DNA of 58,697 bases, filler included, from Barthelona sp. PAP020 (lineage: Eukaryota): assembly GCA_040182905.1 (NCBI GenBank). It is 6 parts of 6 records of this genome, joined end to end, with 100 filler letters (N's around TTAATTAATTAA, not from the genome) between each part and the next. Parts side by side here need not be neighbours in the genome. Positions count along the whole stretch, not along the records: positions 29,597 to 39,244 come from JARQWU010000420.1; positions 39,345 to 48,987 come from JARQWU010000421.1; 4 more parts are not named here. The stretch is one strand, 5' to 3'. A program made the translations under genes and the position numbers. Under the pieces are notes generated by a model. The model was given only the letters and a program-made list of their open reading frames with translations. It made no database searches and had not been told where the DNA came from. Of the stretch, positions 30,031 to 41,052 are shown piece by piece. Position 1 is the stretch's first letter; each line of letters opens with the position of its first letter.

Positions 30031-32874
30031 ATGTTACCTTACTTCAAGTTAAATCAACAAATTGTTCAACGAAATAACAAAAGAAAACAAATAGAAGTGG
30101 TATTACCAAGAAACAAACTCAGGATTATTGAAAAGGAAAATGATAATTCAAAAACGATTGATTCGAAAATATCTAATCCTCCATCGATTGTGCCTTTTCG
30201 TTCACGTTTAAATTCAGATGGATCTACTTTGAGGTCAAATTCCGATGAATTCAAAAATACATTTATCTCTTACGATGATATTAGACCAGTTACTTCCATT
30301 GAAAAACGAAAATATAATTTGAATGAGATTCGCATTGATTTGAATATTCCCAATGACGAGCAATTTTCAAATTCTTTTACTTTTGACCAAAATCAAAAGC
30401 CATTATTTAAAAAAATTGATTTTTCAAACAATTCATTACCTAAAGTTGTAAAAACACCCTCAATGGCTCGTTTGTATGAGCAAACAATTTTCAGAGAAAG
30501 AGAAGTCGAATCGAAATTGAATGTTGAAAATTACACTGTACCACCCAAAAAATTTCAAAGTGAACGAATAAAACATCCATATGCACGTAAACTTTTGAAA
30601 ACAACACAATTTGTCAATGAAAAAGAAGATTTGACAATGATTGATTCAACAATTTTGCAAAAAATCAGTTCTTATTCAATGGGTAGCAAAGAATTGTTAT
30701 CCACCGGATTTAGGGGTTCTAAGTCTCACAAAGCGGAAAAATTATTCTTTAAAACTGAGGATCAATGCAGGCCAAATCCTTTTTTAAAATGGAAACCTCC
30801 AACCAAAGAAGAAGAAAAAAAGAATTCAGATGCACAAAAAAGTCATTGTGCACTTCCTTCCATGAACAAGTTTCCAAATCCAGCACCTTTGCATTTTCAA
30901 CATTTGAATCGATTGAAAAATTTACCAGTAACTTCAAAAAAGAGACCAAATCCTATATTGTTGTCTTTAAACCCAGAAAGCTTAGAATATGTTCAATCAA
31001 ATACTAAAAAACGTGTCTCATCTGAGCAAATTTTTGAAGCACAAAAAATTGTAGCCAGTTTATCTTCATCATCATTGGATAATGTTATTTCAAGTGCTGA
31101 AAGAATAATTGAAGTTAGTTCAATAAATTCAATCATACATGATGATAAATTTTCAGCAGAAGCAAAGATTCTTGGGGAATTGTTAATTCGATGTGGAATA
31201 ATTTCTCAAATTTCTGAACAATTACGAAATTTAATGAAATTATTTTTTAATTCTCTCCGAAAAAATTTGACAATTGCCAAAATTCAAATTTTATGCATTG
31301 AAAAGATTTGCATGGTTGTTTTATTCTTGCTAAAGTGTTTCCCCCAATGTAAAAGTTCCTTTGAAACACACAATTTGTTTGGCATTCTTTGTAAACTTTT
31401 TCCCACTCACATTTCAATAAATATTGAAGGTGAATTATTATTGTCAAATAAATTACAACATTGTACATTTTCCACAGACCTTTTTCGCGCAATTTCCGGA
31501 ATACTTATCAATTTAAATGTTCCTTATTCTAAATTTAATCAATTTAAGATTATAACAAAGTATCTTGGTTTTCTTCCTCACAATTTACAAATTAATTCCT
31601 CTCAATGTTCTTTTTGGAATTTTTTAAAGTTATTCGCTGATTATTTTCATCAAACTGTAACTTTATTTTATTATTTGTTCAAACTAAATGAACAGAAATT
31701 TTTAAATGACCTCCAATCTTCAATAATTCGGATTCAAACTGATATAAATAAACATGATTTCATCTTTGAAACTGCCTTATCAAGATTTGTCAAATTTTTG
31801 AAATTCTTTTCTGACTGTTTTAAAAATGCTTATGATGATCCAATGATGTATTCTGCTTTAGAAATTTTTGATTTGAAGAGCATACATTCTTTTATTATTG
31901 AAGTGAGTCTATGCTCTCAAAATGTTGCAGAACAATTTTTAAATTTTGGAATTCTTCCTATTCTGTGGGATGAGTGTCATATCTTTCAAAAATATCAAAG
32001 CAAAGAATTGGATAATGTTTTTTTAACTGCTTCACATACTAATTTTGTTCACTTACCGTTTTATCATTCTATTGATTGTTTGGCTGTGATGTTTGATAGT
32101 CTAAATAAAGATTCTAAAAGTTCAATCATTCAAAATTATCTAGATTTGGAAATTGTTCCGTTTTTCTTAGATCATTTAAATTCTTCTTTGACTGCACATT
32201 CTTTTGCTGAAACCACAATTGAAAAAATGAAAGTTGTAGAAATTGCGGCTGCAACAATAACTTTGTTATATTCTCTTTGTGTTGATCATTTTCCTGCTTG
32301 TGAACAATTACTTTTACATTCACAAAATCTGTCATTCATTGAGATTGTTGAAATGGACCCAATTTGTGATGTATTAATTGGGCTTTTAATTGCAACAATT
32401 CTCATTAATTATGAAAATATGGCATCTCATTCAGAATTTGTAAACGCCCAACAGTTTTGGAAACCATGTATTCCCCATTTGATTGCTTCTTTGAATTCTA
32501 TCGTTCTAAATCGTAATTTCAATTTTGTGCCAGCGTTGTTTTCCAATGCTCATGATGTCATAACTGGATCGTATTCAATTGCAGCTTTGACGTTTGTTGT
32601 TTACAAGAATGTGTCAAATGGTGAATATTGTTGTCAAGAAAACATCATTGATTATTTGTTGAATTTGATGCACAAATTTCCAATCACCTCTTCTGTCTTT
32701 CAAGAAACAACAGTTTGCCTCAACACTTTGTTGAATTTGGATGAAAAATTTGAATCAGTTTTTTCTGCCAAATGTGAACTTGATTTTTTGGAAGACATGG
32801 TGAGAAACTCGATTTTTCACAATCAACCTGACACTCAAATTCATTTGCTTCTTTCCAAATGTCACCAAAGTTGA
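30031..32874 (+). CDS. Large hypothetical protein: disordered N-terminus + ARM/HEAT-like helical C-terminus
   Basis: 947-aa ORF; the C-terminal ~600 aa show amphipathic helices with ARM-like spacing (FLNFGILPIL, ENIIDYLLNLM). Confidence 0.65.
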   Translation: MLPYFKLNQQIVQRNNKRKQIEVVLPRNKLRIIEKENDNSKTIDSKISNPPSIVPFRSRLNSDGSTLRSNSDEFKNTFISYDDIRPVTSIEKRKYNLNEIRIDLNIPNDEQFSNSFTFDQNQKPLFKKIDFSNNSLPKVVKTPSMARLYEQTIFREREVESKLNVENYTVPPKKFQSERIKHPYARKLLKTTQFVNEKEDLTMIDSTILQKISSYSMGSKELLSTGFRGSKSHKAEKLFFKTEDQCRPNPFLKWKPPTKEEEKKNSDAQKSHCALPSMNKFPNPAPLHFQHLNRLKNLPVTSKKRPNPILLSLNPESLEYVQSNTKKRVSSEQIFEAQKIVASLSSSSLDNVISSAERIIEVSSINSIIHDDKFSAEAKILGELLIRCGIISQISEQLRNLMKLFFNSLRKNLTIAKIQILCIEKICMVVLFLLKCFPQCKSSFETHNLFGILCKLFPTHISINIEGELLLSNKLQHCTFSTDLFRAISGILINLNVPYSKFNQFKIITKYLGFLPHNLQINSSQCSFWNFLKLFADYFHQTVTLFYYLFKLNEQKFLNDLQSSIIRIQTDINKHDFIFETALSRFVKFLKFFSDCFKNAYDDPMMYSALEIFDLKSIHSFIIEVSLCSQNVAEQFLNFGILPILWDECHIFQKYQSKELDNVFLTASHTNFVHLPFYHSIDCLAVMFDSLNKDSKSSIIQNYLDLEIVPFFLDHLNSSLTAHSFAETTIEKMKVVEIAAATITLLYSLCVDHFPACEQLLLHSQNLSFIEIVEMDPICDVLIGLLIATILINYENMASHSEFVNAQQFWKPCIPHLIASLNSIVLNRNFNFVPALFSNAHDVITGSYSIAALTFVVYKNVSNGEYCCQENIIDYLLNLMHKFPITSSVFQETTVCLNTLLNLDEKFESVFSAKCELDFLEDMVRNSIFHNQPDTQIHLLLSKCHQS

Positions 32875-34213
32875 GCGACATTCGACACTTTTTTTTTTTG
32901 ATTTCTTGTAAATCATGTTTTTTTCTTTCTTTTTTTCTTTCCAAGTTTCTTGACATTTCTGAAAAATCTTTATTTGCATTTCTTTTTCTTCATCACAATT
33001 CCAGCAAATTCGTTATTTCTTTCCCTATTTTGATTATTTTCTTTCTTTGAAAACTGACAGTTTGAACTGGAGGCAAATTGATGCATTGTTTTCTTTTTGA
33101 GAAATATGTGAGCTTTTGTTCTTTCAATGGGTTGAGCAATTAGAAATATTTCGAACAAAAATCTCCTTTATTTATTGTTTGAGAAAAAAGGAAATGCCAA
33201 TAAGTGGAAGTGTTTCATTTTTAAATTTAAAGTGCATCAATAAATTCTCATTCAATTTTATAATTTCCATAAAGCCTTCTAAAATCCAAGGAGTTAATGG
33301 TTTAATACTTGGATTCAATCCAAATGTAAATATTTCATTTATATTTGGATTGGTCAATCGTTTTGAATCAATTTCAAAAAGATTTGAAAAGGATTTGTTT
33401 ATTCACAATAAATTTAAGTTGATTCATTTAACTGAAAATTGTTTTAATTGTTTATTAAATTTTGAGAAAGTTTTCAAACTTTACACAATGTTTGTGAATG
33501 GTTTGAAACTGAATTGAATTTTAAGATCATAGTAAAACGATTTGCTTTAAAGTTTTTGAACAATATTTTGGAAACTTCTGTAACACAATTATGATGTGAA
33601 TTGATTGAATAATTTTTTCATTGCACACTTTGACAATGCTATATAAATATTTTAAATTAAATGAATCTAATCTTTTTAAAATTGTAAATTATTATTTGTT
33701 TAAACTTTTAAAAGAATTTAAGTGCCTTATATCTTAACAAATTAAATGTCATAACAAAAAACAAACTTCTTTATTGTATTTCTTTGTTTGATTCCAAATT
33801 ATTTATGTCTTTGATACTTAAAAGATCAAAAGGGATCAAACAATTCAAATCGTGATTAAAAAATTCAAGTAAGGCTTGCCTTTTAAGAATTTATTTGATT
33901 TAACTTCAAAACACAAAAGAAGGTTTTTTGTAAAATGGAAAGAAAGAAAAAAGGAAAATAATTGAAAAATTGTGTTGCAATTATTTTGAGATCTACATAA
34001 AGAAGAAAATCTGTCAAAAAGAAAAGATACGTTTATTTTTTACATTTGAAAAGACCAAACAAAATTCCATCCAAATTTGATTGAAGAAATGACAAATGAA
34101 AAAAGAAAAGTCAAATGATGTTTGCCCAAAAGAAATCATTCCCAAATATTTTTTCTCCTCAAAAATTTTTTTGAAAGGATTGAAAAGAAAGAAAAAAAAA
34201 ATTGAGGGTGGAT

Positions 34214-35611
34214 TTATTCAAGGCCGAACCCCTTTGCTTCAGCTATTTCATCCAACTGGGTTGGGTCGAAAATGTGCTTCAAAGAATGAGCAGAATAATA
34301 ATTTTTGAAAGATTGAAGAGCGTCAAAGGCGGCTGAAGACAAAGGAGAAGATTCTTTAATGAGGGTGGCAAACTTTTTTTGCAAGTTTGAAGAAAACAAA
34401 TTTTTTTTTGGAACAAATTCATCAATTTCCAAATTTTTGGTTGTGTGCAAATGTCTGACATATTCGATTTCAGTTGAACGAAGAAAAATCAAAGATTGGC
34501 CAACTGACCCAGTACCACGTGCAGTTCTTCCAATTCGATGAATATAATCTTTGGGATCAATTGGAGGGTCAAAATGAATTATCCAATCAACAGAAGGAAT
34601 ATCTAACCCTCGGGACGCAATATCGGTACAAAACATGATGGCAGATTTGGCTTCACAAAAATTGAAGAAAGTTGACGTTCTTTTGGTCTGAAGAAGTTTT
34701 CCATGCAAAATTGACACTTCCAAATCAATGTAATTGAAAAGCTGTCCAAAATATCGAACAACATTGCAAGTGCTAAAGAAAACAATGACTTTTTTCGTTT
34801 TTAGTTTTTGAAGCAATTTATAAAGTGTGACTAAGCGTTTTTCACCATCGCATATTAAAAAACCTTGAGGAATAATTGAAGATTCACTTGAATCGGGACA
34901 GACATAACTAACATTCCTAGGATTCAAGGCTTTTCTAGCAAGTTCAGTGATTTTAGCGGTTTGAGTAGCCGAAAATAACAATGTTTGTCTTTTTGGAATT
35001 ACTTTCAAAACATTCAAAATAGTTTCTTCAAAATTTTGATCCAAGATTCGATCAGCTTCATCAATAACTAACATTTGGAGATTGTTGTAGTTCCATTCTT
35101 TTGTGTTCTTTAAATGATCTGAAAGACGACCAGGAGTACATATCAATAAATTTATGCCTTTTTCCAATTTTTCAGTTTCCATTTTCATGTTGGAATGACC
35201 CATAATAATACCAACTGATTTTTTATGATATGTGTTCAATTGCATTGCAACACTATAAATCTGCAAAGCCAATTCCCTTGAAGGTGAAATAACAATAACA
35301 CCAGTCCCATTTCTAGCTGAAAATCGTGCATTCGCCAACAATTCGAAAGCAGGAATTAAAAAGGCCAAAGTTTTTCCGGAACCAGTTTTTGCAGCTCCCA
35401 AAATATCTTTGCCACTCAATGCAACAGGAATTGCCAACTGCTGAATATGAGTCATTTTTTCGATATTCATTGATTCCAAAGCCTTTAAAGTTCTAAGATG
35501 TAAAGTTGATTGAAGTTCCGAATAATATGTGTTCGTTAAAATGGAAGATTCTTCAACGTCATTTGATTCTTGATAATTATCATCAGCCAAAGTTGGTTCT
35601 CGTTTTGACAT
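34214..35611 (-). CDS. HAS1: DEAD-box RNA helicase HAS1/DDX18
   Basis: GAAKTGSGKTLAF, RFSARNGTGVIVISPSRELALQI, IDEADRIL, FSATQT, RGLDIP, YIHRIGRTARG and YYSAHSLKHIF. Confidence 0.92.
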   Translation of the reverse strand: MSKREPTLADDNYQESNDVEESSILTNTYYSELQSTLHLRTLKALESMNIEKMTHIQQLAIPVALSGKDILGAAKTGSGKTLAFLIPAFELLANARFSARNGTGVIVISPSRELALQIYSVAMQLNTYHKKSVGIIMGHSNMKMETEKLEKGINLLICTPGRLSDHLKNTKEWNYNNLQMLVIDEADRILDQNFEETILNVLKVIPKRQTLLFSATQTAKITELARKALNPRNVSYVCPDSSESSIIPQGFLICDGEKRLVTLYKLLQKLKTKKVIVFFSTCNVVRYFGQLFNYIDLEVSILHGKLLQTKRTSTFFNFCEAKSAIMFCTDIASRGLDIPSVDWIIHFDPPIDPKDYIHRIGRTARGTGSVGQSLIFLRSTEIEYVRHLHTTKNLEIDEFVPKKNLFSSNLQKKFATLIKESSPLSSAAFDALQSFKNYYSAHSLKHIFDPTQLDEIAEAKGFGLE

Positions 35612-35642
35612 TGAACGGCGAATTTAAAAAAAAAAAAAAAGA

Positions 35643-38288
35643 CTACAAATTTGGATTTACATAAAACCCATTGTTAAGGGTTGGAAGGTTTTCATTTGAA
35701 AATGAAAGAACAGACTGAATAGGTTTTTGTTGTTGTTGTTTTTTTTGATGTTTTGAATAGGATTTTTTGGTTAGTTTCTTTGAAGGACTCTTTGTCAAAT
35801 ACTTAATTTTTGAAAATGGATCTGAATCTGGTTTTTTTTTGTGAAAACGATTTTTTCTTTTTTTTAAAAACTTTTTAAAATTCAAAGAATCGTCAATTGA
35901 GGAATCATCATCAAAATCGGGTCTACTTTCATTGATATTTTGAATTGAAGGTTGAGAAGAAACAGTTGACAATGTTTCAATAAGATCATCTTTATAATAA
36001 TTCTGAACATAGTCATGGGATTGTGCTGCAGCCTCAAGATCTGATAATTGCAGTTGAAGTTGAGATGAATTCAAAGAATTTGTTTCATGAATATTCGAAT
36101 GCTCAAATGTTTCAAAAGAATAATTGTCATTTTGTTCTTCTTTTTGCATTTCATCGTCGCTTGAACCTTCAAGATCATCAAAATTAAAATCCTGCTCATT
36201 GCAAATGTCAATATTTTCATCAAACAATTCATCAACTTCAAAATCTTCTAAATTAACTTGTTCAACGTTATCCAAGAACATCTTTGCAAGTTGTAATCTT
36301 GAAAAATGTTGAATCACTCTTGCAAAATGATTATTGAACATTTGACAACCATACAAAGCTAATAATGACTCAAAAAACTTTATAAAAATCAAAAATCCTT
36401 TCATTTTTCTCTGAATTATAATAATTTGTTGGTTTTCTGACTTTTTTTTCAAAAAATCTTTGCAATGACTTTGAATAACTCTTATAAACTCATTTTTGTG
36501 AAATTTTTCGACAATTTTTCTACAAAACTTTTGAATCATATGTACAAATTGATCTTTAACCAAATCAACATTGATGATAATTTGACAATTTGGCTTCGAT
36601 GAAATCGTTTGTTTGGAGTTTTTGAAAAATAAGGGTTTGGGCTTTTGAGGAAAATAGAAATCTAAAACACTGGAATTCACAATACTGGCATCAATTAAAG
36701 CTTCAACAGGTCTTGAGTTTAATATTTTAACTGAAGAAATGAATGAAATAACATATTTAGAAAACCAAGGACCATCTAAAGGAGTATTATTCACTGATAA
36801 TGTTTCAAGAGGACAAAAAGGCAATTCAGATAAGATTCCATCTTCAAGTGGATTTCCACTGATATCAAGTCTTGACAGACTGATAGCATTTTCCAATTTC
36901 ATATTGGTCAATGAACAAAATCGAGCTAAAACTGTTTCCAATAAAGGAACATGCTCAAAATTTAACATTTTACAAGTGGAATCATTCACAGATAACAGAG
37001 TCAAAGAATCAAATTGAATTTCACAATTTGATAAATTATTCTGCGTCTTATCCAAAATCAAAACTTTAAGTTGTTGTAAATGTTTCATTCCTCCTCTAAT
37101 ATTGATAAACGTATTGCATTGGCTTAAATCAACATATCTTAGTTGACAAAATTTATTTGAAAAATGAAAGGGCTGCATCAATTTGACTCTATTTAGGTTG
37201 AGATATTCAATATTGTTTAAAAAATTGAAGTCAAGAAAATTATCTGCATTTTCAACATGTTCAAGGGATAAGGCAACAACATTTATATCAAAATCAATTT
37301 TTGACTGATTCAAATCTGAGGGAAATACAGAATTATCAAATAAAAATGAATTTCCACTTTTCAACACCTTTTTAAAATCTTCAATATTATCAAATACCAA
37401 TGAAGAACAATCGATCCAATCTATTGTTTCATTAGATAATGTTGAAGTAGTATTAAGAAAGCAATCAGCTAATTTCACTTTATTAAAAGGTTTGAGATGA
37501 AAATTAGATGATATTTTGAACTCATTACCGTCATTAAACATAATTTTTTTTGGCTTTGGAAAATTTCGAAGATCAGCATAAATATGAGGTGTCTTAATAA
37601 TTTTAATGGATTCTTCACTAACATCTCCAAACGTGGCTCCTTTTTGTGATTTAACAATTCCTTTTAAAGGATTTTTCTTTTTTTCCTTTAGTCTGGCTTT
37701 TGTTTGTTCTTCTCTTTGTTTTTTCACATTTTTTTGGTGAGTTATGTCAATTGCTGCATCAAGCATTGAAAAATCTATGGAGTTATTTGAATTTGCAAAT
37801 TTGTTATCTGTTGAAAATTTACTTTTATCAGTTAGTTCAATTTCAATGTTAACCAAATCTTCATCTGATATTTTATTATCAAAAGCAACAGACCAATCAT
37901 TGGACAAATTGATATTTTCTAATAGACACTCAAAAGAATCATCAATATCTTCATTTTCATTAACAAATTCAAGCAATTTATTCTGTATTGAAACAAAATC
38001 ATTTTTTAATTGGTCATCAACTGAATTGTCAGTAAAATCATTCAAATCATCGTGTGAATTAATTTTATTCTTGTTATCATCTGAAATATTTGATTCATTT
38101 ATTACTTTAACATACTCATAAATATTGTTAATATTAATAATTGGATCAGATATGTATTCTTCAAGTGAAAAATCTTGTTTCGCAATTTCTATTTCTAATT
38201 GACTTAATTCATCTTCAAGGGATACAGGTTGTATATCTTGTTCAAGTAAAGCCAATAATTCTTCATCGAACCCATCTCTCAAATCCAT
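35643..38288 (-). CDS. Leucine-rich-repeat + IQ-motif protein (LRRIQ1-like architecture)
   Basis: LRRs (LRYVDLSQC, LSRLDISGNPL, LETLSVNNTPL) followed by IQ-like repeats (MIQKFCR, VIQSHCK, IIQRKMKG, VIQHFSR); likely start MDLRDG at 38288. Confidence 0.7.
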   Translation of the reverse strand: MDLRDGFDEELLALLEQDIQPVSLEDELSQLEIEIAKQDFSLEEYISDPIININNIYEYVKVINESNISDDNKNKINSHDDLNDFTDNSVDDQLKNDFVSIQNKLLEFVNENEDIDDSFECLLENINLSNDWSVAFDNKISDEDLVNIEIELTDKSKFSTDNKFANSNNSIDFSMLDAAIDITHQKNVKKQREEQTKARLKEKKKNPLKGIVKSQKGATFGDVSEESIKIIKTPHIYADLRNFPKPKKIMFNDGNEFKISSNFHLKPFNKVKLADCFLNTTSTLSNETIDWIDCSSLVFDNIEDFKKVLKSGNSFLFDNSVFPSDLNQSKIDFDINVVALSLEHVENADNFLDFNFLNNIEYLNLNRVKLMQPFHFSNKFCQLRYVDLSQCNTFINIRGGMKHLQQLKVLILDKTQNNLSNCEIQFDSLTLLSVNDSTCKMLNFEHVPLLETVLARFCSLTNMKLENAISLSRLDISGNPLEDGILSELPFCPLETLSVNNTPLDGPWFSKYVISFISSVKILNSRPVEALIDASIVNSSVLDFYFPQKPKPLFFKNSKQTISSKPNCQIIINVDLVKDQFVHMIQKFCRKIVEKFHKNEFIRVIQSHCKDFLKKKSENQQIIIIQRKMKGFLIFIKFFESLLALYGCQMFNNHFARVIQHFSRLQLAKMFLDNVEQVNLEDFEVDELFDENIDICNEQDFNFDDLEGSSDDEMQKEEQNDNYSFETFEHSNIHETNSLNSSQLQLQLSDLEAAAQSHDYVQNYYKDDLIETLSTVSSQPSIQNINESRPDFDDDSSIDDSLNFKKFLKKRKNRFHKKKPDSDPFSKIKYLTKSPSKKLTKKSYSKHQKKQQQQKPIQSVLSFSNENLPTLNNGFYVNPNL

Positions 38289-38428
38289 AGATTCATGAAA
38301 AAATAAAACTTGAAATATTATGAAGAAGGTAGTCATTCAAACAAAAATATGGTGCAATTTATGAAAAAAAGTAGAGAATCAAAAAAAATTTCAAAACAAA
38401 AAAGTTATTCTTCTCTTTTTCAAAAACC

Positions 38429-38923
38429 ATGGTGATTCAACGAATTTTCATATTTGTATTCCTTCTTTTTGTTATCTATTGTAATCAAAATCCCACATTT
38501 GATGATTTTGCAGATTTTACTGAGGCTTGTGGGGAGTATTGTGTTAAATATGCCAAAGAAAATGATTTAAATTGGAGAAGATGCAGCTATATTGAAGAAG
38601 CAATGGAAACTGTAATGGATTCTGGTGCTCGTAATGTTATGCAACGTGTTAATGTTACCAGTGAGTGGAAAGTTATTCAAAATTTGAACGAACATCCTGA
38701 TTTTTGGGAGAAAGCAAAAGAAATATTGGAACCTCTTATTGAAGACATTTGTTTAAAAGAAAAGGAACCATTGATGAAAAATATATTGGTTCAATTTGAA
38801 CCTGCTTGGGCTGAATTTGTGACTTTTTTGGTTCAAAATGTTCCACCTGAATCTTGGGAAGTTGTGAAGCAATCTCATGCCAATAAGCAAAATTCTGAAA
38901 CTGACATTGAACATGATCTTTAA
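38429..38923 (+). CDS. Secreted/ER-lumen helical protein
   Basis: N-terminal signal-peptide-like hydrophobic stretch, four mature-region Cys, and C-terminal EHDL resembling an ER-retrieval signal. Confidence 0.6.
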   Translation: MVIQRIFIFVFLLFVIYCNQNPTFDDFADFTEACGEYCVKYAKENDLNWRRCSYIEEAMETVMDSGARNVMQRVNVTSEWKVIQNLNEHPDFWEKAKEILEPLIEDICLKEKEPLMKNILVQFEPAWAEFVTFLVQNVPPESWEVVKQSHANKQNSETDIEHDL

Positions 38924-39244
38924 TTTTAAAAAATGGATGTGGTTTTTTGTTCTGTTTGATTGGACAAAATAAAATTTTTTTTTGATATTTCTTTTTCTTT
39001 TCATTGAAAAATCTTCAAAAAAACTTTCAAAATTGGGAATTTTGGAACAAAAGAAAATAAAAATAAAATAAAAAAAAACTTTTTGACCTTTGTCAAATAT
39101 TTTTTCATTTACAATTATTCTGGAAGTTCATGCTCAATGAACGGAATTATTTCCAAGCCAAGAAGCACTGTGCGTATGAGTGAATAAGAAAGAATAGTGT
39201 TTATTTGGTTAAAGGCTTTCGAGGCCCATTGTTCTTAACCAAAT

Positions 39245-39344
39245 NNNNNNNNNNNNNNNNNNNNNNNNNNNNNNNNNNNNNNNNNNNNTTAATTAATTAA
39301 NNNNNNNNNNNNNNNNNNNNNNNNNNNNNNNNNNNNNNNNNNNN
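39245..39344. other. Artificial contig linker
   Basis: N44-TTAATTAATTAA-N44. Confidence 0.99.
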
Positions 39345-39360
39345 CCCATGAGGTGGCAAG

Positions 39361-39437
39361 ACATACTCTTTTGTAATTTTTGGCCTATGTGTCAGCTCGT
39401 GCGAATTGCAAATGTGTATGGCTTTTGCGTGGGCTTT
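39361..39437. repeat. Hairpin-forming direct repeat, copy A (immediately downstream of the operon)
   Basis: 42/53 identity with 48844-48896 plus an identical TGCGTGGGCTTT tail; stems CATAC/GTATG and TTTGTAATT/AATTGCAAA. Confidence 0.85.
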
Positions 39438-41047
39438 TAAAATATATCTTCTTCTTTTTCCCGTTTTGTTAAATCTTTTCTTTCTTTTTCATCTTTTTCT
39501 ACATCAATTTTTTCAACAACTAAATCTGCACTTGCAGGTCTTGCTCTTGATGATGCCCATTCTCTAAGTCCGTCAATTTTCTTTTTCATCGTAATTGCTA
39601 AAGGAACTATTTGTTCACAAGCAGAAATTAAATGACTTAGTTTAACCTGAGGACTTTCATTATTCTCTATATATGCGTTAAACATTGATTCTTTAACAAC
39701 TTCTTCAATTTCTGCACCATTGAAATATTTAGATTTATCACTCAAGCTTTCAAAGTTGGTAATCCCAGTTTGACCATTTTTAGTAAGATGAATGTTAAAA
39801 ATATTTTCTCTCTCTTTTTTAGTTGGTAAGTCAATAAAGAAGATTTCATCGAAACGACCTTTTCTAAGTAATTCAGGTGGCAGATTGCTAATATTATTTG
39901 CTGTTGCAACAACAAATACCGGTTTAGTTTTTTCCTGCATCCATGTTAGAATTGTAGAAAATACTCTTGAATTTGTCCCTCCGTCTTTTTCACCACCACC
40001 AGAACTAAGACCTTTTTCAATTTCATCAATCCAAAGAACACAAGGGGCTATTGCTTCGGCTGTTTGTATTGCCATTCTGATATTGTTTTCACTGCTTCCG
40101 ACCTCTGCCTGAAAAACTTTTCCAATATCTAATTTGAGTAAAGGTTGATTCCATTCACTCGCAATAGATTTTGCAGTTAAACTTTTACCAGTACCTGGCA
40201 CCCCAAGTAATAACATTCCTTTTGGCTCTTTTAAACCAAAAGCTTTTGCTTTGCGTTCAAAGGCTTTACTACGAAGTTTTAACCATTTTTTTAAGTTGTC
40301 AAGACCTCCAACACTTGAATCTAAGTTCTCATTTGTTTGGTAGTAGTCAAGGATTCCACTTTTTCTGATTATTTGAGATTTTTCACTTGCAATTATTTTA
40401 ATTGCTTCTCGTTTATTCAAACCAACTTTCTCTTTTGCAAGCCGAAAAGCCAAATCAGCTTCTGTATCAGTAAGTCCTGCTGCTGCATCTAATAAAAGTT
40501 TTTTTAAGTCTTCATTTATTGAATTTTCATGACCTAAAACAACTTCTAAACGTTTTTCTAAATCTGCCTTATCGGGTAAAGGCATATTTATTACGGTAAC
40601 ATATTTCTCAAGTTCTATCGGGAGTTTAAAGAAAGGTGAAAGCAGCAATAAATGTTTATTTAAAACTTTGAAATACTGGGTTATTTTTCGAAGTTGAACG
40701 ATAAATTTTTCATCACTGAATTGTTTATGTGCATCCTCAATAATGAAAATTTCTTTTGTGTTTTCTTTTTCTTTATTGCCTTTCAGCAAAAACTCCAACA
40801 AGCTATCAGGGTTTTCTGCTTCTTCATGACTTTGATGTTTTTCTACTTTATCAAGTCCATTGCTTCCTGATTTTTGTTTATGGTTTTGCAAACCATCTAC
40901 TAAGTCCCAAGTATTAAACTCATAACCTTTACGATATGCAATACTTCTAACTTTTTGGATAATCCTTCCATATTCAGGTGATGCAAGATATATCAATGGA
41001 TAATTTGCATCTAACATATATTTTAAATCTTCAAAACTTTTTCCCAT
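39437..41047 (-). CDS. Ycf46/SpoVK-like AAA+ ATPase (bacterial)
   Basis: Degenerate N-terminal AAA module, VGGLDNLKKWL, Walker A GVPGTGKS, Walker B VLWIDEIEK, SRH ATANNISNLPPELLRKGRFDEIFF and C-terminal LREWASSRARPAS. Confidence 0.93.
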   Translation of the reverse strand: MGKSFEDLKYMLDANYPLIYLASPEYGRIIQKVRSIAYRKGYEFNTWDLVDGLQNHKQKSGSNGLDKVEKHQSHEEAENPDSLLEFLLKGNKEKENTKEIFIIEDAHKQFSDEKFIVQLRKITQYFKVLNKHLLLLSPFFKLPIELEKYVTVINMPLPDKADLEKRLEVVLGHENSINEDLKKLLLDAAAGLTDTEADLAFRLAKEKVGLNKREAIKIIASEKSQIIRKSGILDYYQTNENLDSSVGGLDNLKKWLKLRSKAFERKAKAFGLKEPKGMLLLGVPGTGKSLTAKSIASEWNQPLLKLDIGKVFQAEVGSSENNIRMAIQTAEAIAPCVLWIDEIEKGLSSGGGEKDGGTNSRVFSTILTWMQEKTKPVFVVATANNISNLPPELLRKGRFDEIFFIDLPTKKERENIFNIHLTKNGQTGITNFESLSDKSKYFNGAEIEEVVKESMFNAYIENNESPQVKLSHLISACEQIVPLAITMKKKIDGLREWASSRARPASADLVVEKIDVEKDEKERKDLTKREKEEDIF

Positions 41048-41052
41048 ATCAG

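Noticed and set aside
39115..39244. Possible structured ncRNA (ATTTGGTTAA/TTAACCAAAT inverted repeat, small hairpins)
   Set aside because: The minus strand reads as a plausible terminal exon (QWASKAFNQINTILSYSLIRTVLLGLEIIPFIEHELPE*), and the inverted repeat sits at the contig end where fold-back artefacts occur; no RNA family is recognisable
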